Of a DNA stretch of 57,503 bases, positions 1 through 9,008 are shown piece after piece (position 1 is the first letter of the stretch; each line of letters starts with the position of its first letter). The notes under the pieces were generated by a model. The model was given only the letters and a program-made list of their open reading frames with translations, had not been told where the DNA came from and did no database searches. Location: contig WHTN01000006.1 of NCBI GenBank assembly GCA_009377715.1, forward strand, positions 1-57,503, read 5' to 3'. The stretch is from Dehalococcoidia bacterium. Lineage in GTDB: Bacteria > Chloroflexota > Dehalococcoidia > SM23-28-2 > WHTN01. Position numbers and translations under genes: made by a program.

Positions 1-684
1 GACATCGGGCACCCACATCTGGAAGGGGACAAGCGCCATCTTAAACCCGAAGCCGGCGGTGAGCAGTACAACCGCCATCACCAGTGCCACCCTGTTGTCA
101 TCGGCCGCCTCGCTTACAGCCACGGCGATGCCTTCAAGGTTTGTCGTGCCCGCCAGGCCGAACAGAAAGGCCATGCCGTATAGAGTAACCGCAGAGCTTA
201 TGGCGCCGAGGAGAAGGTACTTAAGCGCCGCTTCGGCGGACGTCGAGTCTTTAAGGAAGGCGGCCATTATGTAAAAAGATATGCTCGTCAGCTCAAGCGC
301 AAGGAAGATGGCGATAAGGTCGCGACTGCTGGCCATAAGCATCATCGAAGCGGCAGTAATCAGCACCAGCGCCTGATATTCCGTTTCGCGGCCGCGGAAG
401 CGCTCGCCATAGTCCTGCGAGGCCAGTATCACTACGAAAGCGATGCCTGCGAAGAGAAAATTAAAGAAGATGCTGAACTCGTCGACGACGAGGATGCCGG
501 AGAAGGCCTCGCCCTGCTGGTCGGTCGCGATGAGCAGCCCCGTCCAGAGGATGGACGCCAGCGTAGCCCCCAGGGCTGTCAGCGTCAGTAGCCCCCTACG
601 CGGCACCACTATGTCCGCGAGGAGCATGATGCCAGCGATAGCAAGAAGAATGAGTTCGGGGCCTAATCGGTTAACGTTTTCCAT
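1..684 (-). CDS. nuoN: NADH-quinone oxidoreductase subunit N (3' end runs off the window)
   Basis: Manual translation from ATG at 684: MENVNRLGPELILL...IFLALELTSISFYIM...SAEAALKYLLLGAISS...GFGFKMALVPFQMWVPDV, typical NuoN motifs; follows nuoM. Confidence 0.95.
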   Translation of the reverse strand, partial: MENVNRLGPELILLAIAGIMLLADIVVPRRGLLTLTALGATLASILWTGLLIATDQQGEAFSGILVVDEFSIFFNFLFAGIAFVVILASQDYGERFRGRETEYQALVLITAASMMLMASSRDLIAIFLALELTSISFYIMAAFLKDSTSAEAALKYLLLGAISSAVTLYGMAFLFGLAGTTNLEGIAVAVSEAADDNRVALVMAVVLLTAGFGFKMALVPFQMWVPDV

Positions 685-701
685 ATACGCTCTTCATAAT
701 A

Positions 702-771
702 ACCACAGATTGACACAAACAGATCACAGATTCAGATTTTCTATCAGTGTTTATCTGTGTCAATCTGTGGT
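702..771. repeat. Inverted repeat built from CACAGAT-type short units
   Basis: ACCACAGATTGACACA (702-717) is the perfect reverse complement of TGTGTCAATCTGTGGT (756-771), with further degenerate CAGAT units between. Confidence 0.8.
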
Positions 772-780
772 CGTTCTATA

Positions 781-2244
781 CTAAGACACTCGCGCCGCTA
801 TAGGCGCTACGCCGACCTCCAAGAAATCTACGAGCACAGATGGGAAGATGCCGATGAGCATGATAACGGCCACCATGCCCGCCAATGCCGTTCGCTCCCA
901 CCAGGTAGTCGCGTCGCCGAGTTCCTGCCAGCGCGCTGAGCGCTCGCCGAGGAAGACCCGCATTATCATCCAAAGGATGTAGCCAGCGGATATCAGCACG
1001 CCGATAACGCCGATGACTGTCGGCAGACCGTACTTCCCGAAAGCGCCTAAGAACACCATCACCTCCGCGGCAAAACCGGCCATACTCGGCAAGCCGAGCG
1101 CCGCCAGTCCGGCGATGACCATGACGACGGCTATCACCGGCATGTTGTGGACGAGCCCCGACAGCTCTCGTATCTCCCGTGTGTGAGCGCGGTCGTAGAC
1201 CATGCCAACGACGACGAAAAGCAGCCCTGTGATGGCCCCGTGCGTGAACATCTGCAGCGCAGCGCCGGTTAAGCCCACTTCGCCGAGCGCAGAGATGCCG
1301 ATCAGCACGTAGCCCATATGGCTGACGCTACTATAGGCCACGAGCCGCTTGAGGTCGGTCTGCACGAGCGTGATAATCGCCCCGTAGATGACGTTCACCG
1401 CCCCGAACGCCGCTAGCCACACCGAAGCATCTATCGCCTGCTCCGGCAGCATGGACAGCGAGACGCGAAGCATACCGTAGCCGGCCATCTTCAACAGCAC
1501 GCCGGCAAGCATCACGCTCACCGCCGTCGGCGCGTCGGTATGGGCGTCGGGCAGCCAGGTATGGAAAGGGAACATCGGCAGCTTCACGGCGAAGCCGAAG
1601 AAGAGAAAGAAGAAGACGATCGGCAGCGGCCATATAGCGTCCTGTATTTGCGCTTGCGACAGTTCGATCATGTCAAAAGTGCCGGCCGAGAACGACAGTA
1701 CCAGGATGCCCACGAGCATGAGGCTGGAGCCGAAAATCGTATATAGAAGGTACTTCCAGGCGGAATAGACTTTGCGTCCGGTGCCCCAGATAGAGATAAG
1801 GAAGTACATTGGCACCAGTTCGAGTTCCCAGAACAGGAAGAAGAAGATGAAGTCCAGCGACGTGAATACGCCTAACAGGCTCGTCTCCAAGACCAGCAAC
1901 CAGGCAAAGTACTCCTTTGGGCGAAGCGTCACGTTCCATGAGACAAGAATAGCGACGAGGCTCAGAAGCGCCGTCAGTCCCACCATTGCCAGCCCTAGCC
2001 CATCGACTGCCAGCAGGTACTGTAGCTCGAAGCTGGCTATATCGGCTTCGATCCAGGGCTTGCGCTGGATGAATTGGAAGCCGCCCTGATCCTTATCGAA
2101 GGCGATGAACAGCCCGATGGCGCAGCCGAGGACGATCGCGGACGTCGCCGTCGCTATAACGCGGGAATTTCGCTCATAGCGAGATGGCAGCAGCGCTATA
2201 AGCGCCGCCCCGGCGAGCGGAAAGAAGACCATAAACGAAAGCAT
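781..2244 (-). CDS. nuoM: NADH-quinone oxidoreductase subunit M
   Basis: FFLFWELELVPMYFLI, AVKLPMFPFHTWLPDAHTDAP, DLKRLVAYSSVSHMG motifs; ATG at 2244 preferred because the GTG at 2274 lies inside a repeat. Confidence 0.95.
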   Translation of the reverse strand: MLSFMVFFPLAGAALIALLPSRYERNSRVIATATSAIVLGCAIGLFIAFDKDQGGFQFIQRKPWIEADIASFELQYLLAVDGLGLAMVGLTALLSLVAILVSWNVTLRPKEYFAWLLVLETSLLGVFTSLDFIFFFLFWELELVPMYFLISIWGTGRKVYSAWKYLLYTIFGSSLMLVGILVLSFSAGTFDMIELSQAQIQDAIWPLPIVFFFLFFGFAVKLPMFPFHTWLPDAHTDAPTAVSVMLAGVLLKMAGYGMLRVSLSMLPEQAIDASVWLAAFGAVNVIYGAIITLVQTDLKRLVAYSSVSHMGYVLIGISALGEVGLTGAALQMFTHGAITGLLFVVVGMVYDRAHTREIRELSGLVHNMPVIAVVMVIAGLAALGLPSMAGFAAEVMVFLGAFGKYGLPTVIGVIGVLISAGYILWMIMRVFLGERSARWQELGDATTWWERTALAGMVAVIMLIGIFPSVLVDFLEVGVAPIAARVS

Positions 2245-2268
2245 TGTTTTTCTTGTTAACTCTCTTGT

Positions 2269-2437
2269 GCTCACCCTTCGACAAGCTCAGGGTGAGCGGG
2301 TTCCAAAGCTTTGTTCCGCTCGTGGTGAGCCAGACGAACCATGAGCGACTCCTGTCATTCTGAGCGAAGCGAAGAATCCGTAAGCTCAGGTGCTCGGATT
2401 CTTCGTCGGTCGTCACTGCGATCTTCTCAGAATGACA
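2269..2437. repeat. Composite REP-like palindromic element
   Basis: CCCTTCGACAAGCTCAGGGTGAGCGG unit followed by the nested inverted pair TGTCATTCTGAG...GAAGAATCCG / CGGATTCTTCG...CTCAGAATGACA; the same units recur at 7104, 11566 and 13551. Confidence 0.85.
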
Positions 2438-2474
2438 TAGCTAAATCAGTGCCAATCTGCGGTAATAACTCCTC

Positions 2475-4429
2475 CTACGGCGGGTTCACCAGCATTATGC
2501 CCAACGCGATGAAAATCACGCCTACAAATATCGCCGCGCCGTAAAGCTGAACTTGGCCGCTCTGGACGTAGCGCATACCTGACGATCCCGCGCGCGTCGC
2601 CATGGCTAAGCCGTTTACAGCGCCATCCACGACGTAGCGGTCGAAGAAGGCCAGGCCGCGAGCGACGTTGCCTAAAATCAGCCGTCGTAAGATTAGGTCC
2701 TCGTACAAATGGTCCATATAGTACTTATTCTCGACGAGCGTATGCACAGGCCCAAACGCTTGTCGTAACCGATCGGCGCTGAGCAACCGGGCGCCGTAGA
2801 TCGCCCAGGCAACGACGAAGCCGGAGACGCCTAAACCGGTGGAAACGACAGCGATGCCAAGGTTGAAGTCAAAGTGGTGCGCTTCCTCGGCTAGTTCGGC
2901 GGGCAGCGAGTTGTTCAGGAAATGCGTGACGCCATCGGAGATATTGGCGAAGCCTGTGAAGATTGAAGCGCCCGCGAGGATGACCATCGGCAGGAGCATC
3001 GCAACCGGCGATTCGTGCGGCTGGCGGGAGTGGCCGCCGTGGCTGGCAGCTTCCTCCGTCGCATGCGACGAAGGCTCGCCGCCCTTGTATTCGCCGGTAA
3101 AAGTCATAAACACGACGCGGCCGATGTAGAGCGATGTCATAAACGCCGCAACCAGCCCCACGTAGGCTAGAATGCGCTTTTCGTTCCAAGCGTCGAGAAT
3201 GATCTCGTCTTTGCTCCAGAAGCCGGACAGCGGGAAGATACCGCCGAGACTGAGCGAGGCGATTACGAACGTAGTGAATGTCACCGGCATATAGCGGGCC
3301 AGGCCACCCATTCTGCGCATATCGAAGGTGCCGGTCGCGTGGTTTACGCTGCCGGAGCCAAGGAAGAGCAGAGCCTTGAAGAAGGCGTGATTGAAGAGGT
3401 GGAAGATAGCCGCGACGTACCCGCCCACTCCGAGCGCGAATATCATGTAGCCAAGCTGGCTGATCGTCGAATAGGCGACGACGCGCTTGATGTCGGTTAC
3501 GACGATGGCGATCGTCGCCGCAAAGATGGCCGTGATGCCGCCTATCGCGGCGACGGTGTTGATCGCCACCTCGGAGCTTCGAACACAGGAAAAAGGCGAG
3601 CGACCAAATACACGCCCGCCGCGACCATCGTCGCCGCGTGGATCAGCGCCGAGACTGGCGTGGGGCCTTCCATCGCGTCGGGCAGCCATACGTGTAGGGG
3701 GAACTGCGCCGATTTGCCCACCGCTCCGGCGAAAACGCCGACCGCGAACCAGGTGATGATGATGTCACCGATGGCTCCGGTGACGGCGAGCTGTTGGATT
3801 TCGGGGATGCTGAGCGTGCCCGTCTGGTTCCAGATCAGCAAGATCGCGCAGAGAAAGCCCAGATCGCCCATGCGGGTGACCAGGAACGCTTTCAGCGCCG
3901 CCGCGCGAGCGGTCGGTCGCTCGAACCAGAAGCCGATAAGTAAGAACGAGCAGAGACCGACCAGCTCCCAGAAGGCGAACAACATCAAGATGCTCTCTGA
4001 GAGCACCAGCCCAAGCATCGAGCTGGTGAAGAGCGACGTGTAGGCGTAGTAGCGAGCGTAACCGGGGTCGCCGGACATGTAAGCCTGGGAGTATATCTGT
4101 ACGCCCAACGATATGCCGCTGACGACGACGAGCATCATCGCAGTCAGCCCATCGACCGTCACTCCGAGGCGGATCGTCAAAGGACCGACGGTTAGCCATT
4201 CGTGCGGCGCGAAGCCGATACTGTGGCCGTCGTTCTGGATAACGCTATCGAGGACCCAAAGCGAAAGGAGGAACGTAATCGCGACGGCGAGGATGGTGAT
4301 GTAGCCGGCGTAGCGCCGGCTTTCAGGCGTCCAGGCGCTTGCTAACGTCGGCAGCCCTAGGACGACAAAAGAGGAAACCGGCACAAGGATTATTGCCCAT
4401 ACTGCGGCCTCAGGTATCGTATCTAGCAT
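2475..4429 (-). CDS. nuoL: NADH-quinone oxidoreductase subunit L (single frameshift near 3575, probably an assembly indel)
   Basis: ORFs 3542-4429 (WELVGLCSFLLIGFW, KSAQFPLHVWLPDAMEGPTPVSALIHAATMVAAG) and 2475-3689 (DIKRVVAYSTISQLG, HAFFKALLFL, GFWSKDEI) join into one NuoL. Confidence 0.93.
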
Positions 4430-4447
4430 ACACTCCTCGGCGTTAGC

Positions 4448-4558
4448 GTCATTGCGAGGTCATCGCAGATGACCTCAGCAATCTCTGAATTGCGAAAAGC
4501 TATAGAAAGCGGTGCGTCATAGAACGGGCAGAGATTGCTTCGCTTTGCTCGCAATGAC
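4448..4558. repeat. REP-like inverted pair (GTCATTGCGAG family)
   Basis: GTCATTGCGAG...GCAATCTCTG and CAGAGATTGC...CTCGCAATGAC; related units near 5225, 13610, 23420-23535 and 52272. Confidence 0.8.
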
Positions 4559-4561
4559 ATC

Positions 4562-4756
4562 CTAAACTTTCCTCAAAATCTCCTGCGCTACGTGAAGCTT
4601 CCCGCGCGGCACATAGATCTTATACGGCTCTAGGTCCGCCTGCTTGCCCCAGCCTGACTGCGGCACGACCTGCACCGCTAACGCCTCGGCGGCGAAGAGT
4701 TCGCGCCACATCTCTGCGACGTATTTGTTCTTTACTTCCATCAATTCAATCCACAT
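4562..4756 (-). CDS. Small hypothetical protein, DUF2007/PII-like appearance
   Basis: 64-aa ORF MWIELMEVKNKYVAEMWRELF...YKIYVPRGKLHVAQEIL, co-oriented between nuoK and nuoL; the pattern AE..R..L..E....V...IYVP....A.EIL resembles DUF2007. Confidence 0.6.
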   Translation of the reverse strand: MWIELMEVKNKYVAEMWRELFAAEALAVQVVPQSGWGKQADLEPYKIYVPRGKLHVAQEILRKV

Positions 4757-4781
4757 GGCTATCTCACCACCACACCCCACC

Positions 4782-4854
4782 GGGAAGGAGGAAGAGGGTA
4801 GGAGGAAGAAAAGAGCACCGTCTCTTCCCCCTTCCTACTTCCCTCTTCCTTCCC
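4782..4854. repeat. Polypurine/polypyrimidine inverted repeat
   Basis: GGGAAGGAGGAAGAGGGTAGGAGGAAGAAAAGAG followed by the complementary tract CTCTTCCCCCTTCCTACTTCCCTCTTCCTTCCC. Confidence 0.65.
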
Positions 4855-4856
4855 TA

Positions 4857-5174
4857 TTACCATCTGAGTAGATTCAGCTTATCGATATCGATGCTGCGGC
4901 GTTGTCGGTAGATAAGCACCGCCAGAGCTAGCGCCACCGCAGCCTCAGCCGCAGAAACTGTAATTACGAATAAAACGAAGACGTGGCCGGCGATCGGGGT
5001 TGCCGACTCTGAGAAGCGCGAAAAAGCGATGAGCGTCAGGTTAACCGCGTTGAACATCAACTCCACGCCGATCAGGACACCGACCGCGTTTCGCTTCGCT
5101 AGCGCTAGATATAGCCCCACGCCAAAGACCAGCGCGCTTAGTACTAGGTAGTGGTCAAGCGTTATCGATTCCAT
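4857..5174 (-). CDS. nuoK: NADH-quinone oxidoreductase subunit K
   Basis: HYLVLSALVFGVG, IGVELMFNAVN, AAEAAVALAL motifs. Confidence 0.95.
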   Translation of the reverse strand: MESITLDHYLVLSALVFGVGLYLALAKRNAVGVLIGVELMFNAVNLTLIAFSRFSESATPIAGHVFVLFVITVSAAEAAVALALAVLIYRQRRSIDIDKLNLLRW

Positions 5175-5190
5175 CTTTTCACGAAACCTT

Positions 5191-5350
5191 TGCCCCTCGA
5201 CAAGCTCGGGGTGAGCGGATTGGGGTCATTGCAAGGTCACTGTAAGTGACCAAAGCAATCTCTGCCCAAAAGAAACGGCCGCTAAAGCTGCGAGGGCGGA
5301 TGAGTTGTCTCCACAGGCTGCTCGCTTGGGCAAAAGTTTGTCGAAGGGCA
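5191..5350. repeat. Composite REP-like element
   Basis: TGCCCCTCGACAAGCTCGGGGTGAGCGG ... TTGTCGAAGGGCA outer inverted ends enclosing GTCATTGCAAGG...AAGCAATCTC. Confidence 0.75.
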
Positions 5351-5366
5351 GTGTTTGTAATAACTC

Positions 5367-5858
5367 CTAGTCCTCTCGCACGATAACAATAGCCCCGAGC
5401 ATAGCCACCAGCAGCAATACTGATGCGATCTCGAAGGGAAGAATATATTGATTCAGCATCGCCTCACCGATAGCTTGAGATGTTTCGGTGAAGGGGCCAC
5501 GCGTCGCTTGCGGCCAATCGGTCGCTACCCCGACGGCAGCGAGCGTCGAAGCCATCACGGCGGCTATCCCAAGCGCCGGCAAACGGAAAAACGTCTCGTC
5601 GTTACGACGCCCGGCATTAGGCGTAAGCATTATGGCGAAAATGATGAGCACGGCGATGGCTCCGGCGTAGATTAACACCTGCGCCACCGCTACGAAATCG
5701 GCGGAGAGGGTGATATAAAGGCCCGCCACCCCGATGAAGCTAAGGATCAATGCCAGTACCGCATGGAGGAGGTTGCGCGTAGTAGCCGCGAGAACTGCTG
5801 CCCCGAGCGTTAAAGCGGCTAGCGCCCAAAAAGCGACTATCGTACCGGTATCGGTCAC
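5367..5858 (-). CDS. nuoJ: NADH-quinone oxidoreductase subunit J
   Basis: AVAQVLIYAGAIAVLIIFAIML and YILPFEIASVLLLVAMLGAI motifs; GTGA overlap with the nuoH stop. Confidence 0.95.
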   Translation of the reverse strand: MTDTGTIVAFWALAALTLGAAVLAATTRNLLHAVLALILSFIGVAGLYITLSADFVAVAQVLIYAGAIAVLIIFAIMLTPNAGRRNDETFFRLPALGIAAVMASTLAAVGVATDWPQATRGPFTETSQAIGEAMLNQYILPFEIASVLLLVAMLGAIVIVRED

Positions 5859-7096
5859 GCCTCAGCCTCTTGTCCGTAGACGATCGCCCCTACTTCTTGC
5901 ATAAGGCGCACGCGCGGCGCGCGCTGCGAAAGGGGTCGCATCAACTTCGCCCAGGCGTAGATTAGCAACCCTGCCATTGCGAAGTTGACTACGGCGAAGA
6001 TCGGTAGCACAAGGCCTGCGGACAGTCCATTTTCCTGCCAAAGGAGGACTTCCAGGCCGACCAGCAATACGTTTACCAGTGAGATCGGGAGAAGGAACTT
6101 CCACGCGAAGCTCATTAGCTGGTCAATACGCAGGCGAGGGAGCGTGCCGCGGCTCCATATGAAAAGGAAGAAGAAACCGTACACTTTACCGAGGAACAAC
6201 ATCCAGCCGGGGATCCACTCCTCCAAGCCGAATAGCGTCCAGCCGCCCAGGAAAAGCGTCACGCCTACGGCGGCGATGCCGAAAGTGGCGAAGTACTCGG
6301 CGACGTAGAAGAAGCCAAACTTTATGCCGGAGTATTCCGTATGATAGCCGGCGACGATCTCAGATTCTGCTTCGGAGATGTCTGTGGGCGAACGGTTGAC
6401 CTCCACGGCCCCGGCTATCAGAAAGACGAGGAACGCTAGCGGCTGCAGGAAGATGAACCAGACGTGATATTCCTCTTGCCAGTTCACTATGCCGCTCAAA
6501 CTCATTGTGCTGGTGAAGATCGTGATCGCTAGAAGCGCCATGACTTGCGGCACTTCGTAGCTGATGAACATCGCGACGCTGCGCATCGCACCGAGAAGCG
6601 AATACTTATTGTTCGACGACCAGCCGGCCATGAAGACGGCAATGGTCGCCAGCGAACTCGAGGCGATGACGAACAGCACACCGACGCTTAGGTCGGCGAG
6701 GACCATCTGTTCCCCAAACGGTACGACTGCAAAAGCCAGAAGTGCCGGCAGAACGACGAGCGAAGGCGCCAGCCAGAAGACCCAGCGGTCGGCGGCCTGG
6801 ACGGTGATCGCCTCCTTGGTCAGAAGCTTAATGGCGTCTGCGACTGGCTGGAGCAACCCCATAGGACCGACGCGGTTCGGGCCGACGCGGACCTGAATGC
6901 GGCTGATTAGGCGGCGCTCGATCCAGACGAAGGCGAGCTGGCTCGTAACCAGCCAGCCGGTTATCGCTAGAATGCCGATGACGCCCGAAATGACGTACGG
7001 CAGCCAGTCAGGCCCGCCAGCATCGTCTACAAGCTCTAGAAATCGGGCGACCGGGTTGCCCAGATCGCGGATATCCCACCATTCAGCCAGGAACAA
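5855..7096 (-). CDS. nuoH: NADH-quinone oxidoreductase subunit H (start uncertain: TTG 7096 or TTG 7135)
   Basis: ERRLISRIQVRVGPNRVGPMGLLQPVADAIKLLTKE, GWSSNNKYSLLGAMR, EAESEIVAGYHTEYSG, PRLRIDQLM motifs. Confidence 0.95.
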   Translation of the reverse strand: MFLAEWWDIRDLGNPVARFLELVDDAGGPDWLPYVISGVIGILAITGWLVTSQLAFVWIERRLISRIQVRVGPNRVGPMGLLQPVADAIKLLTKEAITVQAADRWVFWLAPSLVVLPALLAFAVVPFGEQMVLADLSVGVLFVIASSSLATIAVFMAGWSSNNKYSLLGAMRSVAMFISYEVPQVMALLAITIFTSTMSLSGIVNWQEEYHVWFIFLQPLAFLVFLIAGAVEVNRSPTDISEAESEIVAGYHTEYSGIKFGFFYVAEYFATFGIAAVGVTLFLGGWTLFGLEEWIPGWMLFLGKVYGFFFLFIWSRGTLPRLRIDQLMSFAWKFLLPISLVNVLLVGLEVLLWQENGLSAGLVLPIFAVVNFAMAGLLIYAWAKLMRPLSQRAPRVRLMQEVGAIVYGQEAEA

Positions 7097-7103
7097 TTCT
7101 GTA

Positions 7104-7330
7104 CCCTTCGACAGGCTCAGGGTGAGCGGATTCAAAAGCGTTCTCCGCGCTCATGGTTCGACAGGCTCAGGGTGAGCCTGTCGAAGCTGCACCCCTTGAC
7201 AAGCTGTCGCATAGGCGACTGTGAGACGGGATAAGCAAAAGGTTGAGATGTCATTCTGAGGAGCGCAGCGACGAAGAATCCGACACCCATAAGGCGGATT
7301 CTTCGCTCCCTTCGGTCGCTCAGAATGACA
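7104..7330. repeat. Composite REP-like element
   Basis: Two TTCGACAGGCTCAGGGTGAGC units plus the inverted pair TGTCATTCTGAG...GAAGAATCCG / CGGATTCTTCG...CTCAGAATGACA. Confidence 0.85.
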
Positions 7331-7388
7331 TAGTGGAACGACCGATCAACTTTCAGCATGGTGGTCGGACCAAAGTACGCGTCGGGCA

Positions 7389-8492
7389 TCAGCGGTCCAC
7401 CTCACCGACGACGATATCGATGCTGCCCAGTATTACGATAGAGTCGGCGACGGACAGACCAACCACGAGGTCTTTCATTGCCGTTAGGTTTATATAGGAA
7501 GGCGAGCGTATATGGAAGCGGTACGGCGCAGGGCCGCCATCGCTTACTAAGTAGAAGCCGAGCTCGCCGCGCGGTGACTCAATGCGAGCGTATGCTTCGC
7601 CCGGCTCAGGCCGCATGGCAAGCGGAAGGCCTACGTTAACCGGGCCTTCCGGCAAGACATCGAGCGCTTGTTCGAGGATGCGTACGCTCTGGCGCACCTC
7701 GGCCATTCTTACAGCGAAGCGATCGTAACAGTCGCCATGGGTACCGACCGGTATATCGAACTCGAATTGATTGTAAGCGGCGTAAGGATCGGCTTTACGA
7801 ATGTCCCAGGCCACACCAGAAGCACGGAGGATGGGGCCGCTCGCGGAAGCATTTATCGCCTGGTCGGCGGTCAACACCCCTATGCCGCGCGCGCGAGCCA
7901 GGATGATTTCGTTTTCGAGCAACATCTCCTCGTACTCGGCGATGCGCTGAGGCAATTCGCCCACTATGGATAGAGCAGCCGGCATGAATTCGTCAGGAAC
8001 GTCGAAGGATACCCCACCGATGCGCATATAATTGACTGTGAGGCGGGCACCACAGGTCATTTCAAATAGGTCGAGGATACGCTCACGCTCGCGGAACATG
8101 TACATGAGCGGCGTTTGCCAGGCGCCACAATCGTTGACAAAGGTGCCGAGGGCCATGCTATGCGAAGCGATCCGTTGTAGCTCAGCGAAGATCACTCTGA
8201 GCACCTGTGCCCGCTCCGGCACCTCGACGCCCGCGAGCTTTTCAACCGCTAAGCAGTACGCCAAGTTGCTGTTCATCGCCGAGAGATAATCAGTACGGTC
8301 GGTGAACGGGATGTTTTGCGTGTAAGTGCGTTCCTCGGCCAGCTTCTCCATGCTGCGGTGGAGATAGCCCATCACCATATCGGCGTCGACAATCCTTTCA
8401 CCGTCGAGCGCGACGCGCATGCGGAAGACGCCGTGAGTGCTGGGATGCTGCGGCCCAATGTTAACGATGTAAGGCTCGGCAGGCATTGTCAC
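7389..8492 (-). CDS. nuoD: NADH-quinone oxidoreductase subunit D
   Basis: NIGPQHPSTHGVFR, GYLHRSMEK, ESPRGELG, DIVVGEVDR; GTG at 8492 overlaps the nuoC stop (GTGA). Confidence 0.95.
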   Translation of the reverse strand: MTMPAEPYIVNIGPQHPSTHGVFRMRVALDGERIVDADMVMGYLHRSMEKLAEERTYTQNIPFTDRTDYLSAMNSNLAYCLAVEKLAGVEVPERAQVLRVIFAELQRIASHSMALGTFVNDCGAWQTPLMYMFRERERILDLFEMTCGARLTVNYMRIGGVSFDVPDEFMPAALSIVGELPQRIAEYEEMLLENEIILARARGIGVLTADQAINASASGPILRASGVAWDIRKADPYAAYNQFEFDIPVGTHGDCYDRFAVRMAEVRQSVRILEQALDVLPEGPVNVGLPLAMRPEPGEAYARIESPRGELGFYLVSDGGPAPYRFHIRSPSYINLTAMKDLVVGLSVADSIVILGSIDIVVGEVDR

Positions 8493-8998
8493 TGCGATTG
8501 CTCCGGCACGGATTCTCTCGGGAACTGCTGGAGACCGGGCTGAAGGCCGCTCGGAAGACTGAGAAAGTCTTTGCGCAGTGGGTGACCAGGGAAGCCGTCC
8601 CACAAAAAGATGCGGCGCATATCCGGATGTCCATCGAAGCGGATGCCCATCAGGTCATAGATTTCACGTTCTTGAAGCTGCGCTCCCTGCCAGACCGGCA
8701 CTACCGACGGCACTATCGGCATATCGTGGTCCGTGGTGAGCGTTTTAACGACTGCTGTGTGGTTCTTCGACAGCGATTGTAGGTGGTAGACGACTTCGAA
8801 ATACTCAAGCCAGTCTACAGCCGTGACGCTTATCAGAAATTTGAAGTCGAGCTGCGGATCGTCGCGAAGGAACCTGGCTATCGGCTCGATATCAGCGGGA
8901 GGTACGACTATGTATTGCTCTTCCGAACTGAGGGTGAGGTCAGGAAACTGCTCTGCAAGTCTAGCTGCCAACTCCCGGCCACCAAACAGTTTCGTCAC
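8489..8998 (-). CDS. nuoC: NADH-quinone oxidoreductase subunit C
   Basis: VTAVDW...FEVVYHL, QEREIYDLMGIRFDGHPDMRRIFL, GHPLRKDF. Confidence 0.95.
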   Translation of the reverse strand: MTKLFGGRELAARLAEQFPDLTLSSEEQYIVVPPADIEPIARFLRDDPQLDFKFLISVTAVDWLEYFEVVYHLQSLSKNHTAVVKTLTTDHDMPIVPSVVPVWQGAQLQEREIYDLMGIRFDGHPDMRRIFLWDGFPGHPLRKDFLSLPSGLQPGLQQFPRESVPEQSQ

Positions 8999-9008
8999 GG
9001 CAGCCCCC

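Noticed and set aside
2174-2416. Short ORFs such as 2174-2416, 7132-7389, 11168-11611 and 23492-23719
   Set aside because: They are translations of REP-like palindromes (PLTLSLSKG, CHSERSEES) or antisense shadows, not credible genes.
3560-3600. Programmed ribosomal frameshift in nuoL and the other split genes
   Set aside because: No slippery heptamer or shared signal at the junctions; sequencing indels explain them more simply.
7389-8492. Group 4 [NiFe]-hydrogenase large subunit as an explanation for the reduced nuo operon
   Set aside because: No N- or C-terminal CxxC nickel-binding motifs; it has the NuoD signatures GPQHPSTHG and DIVVGEVDR.
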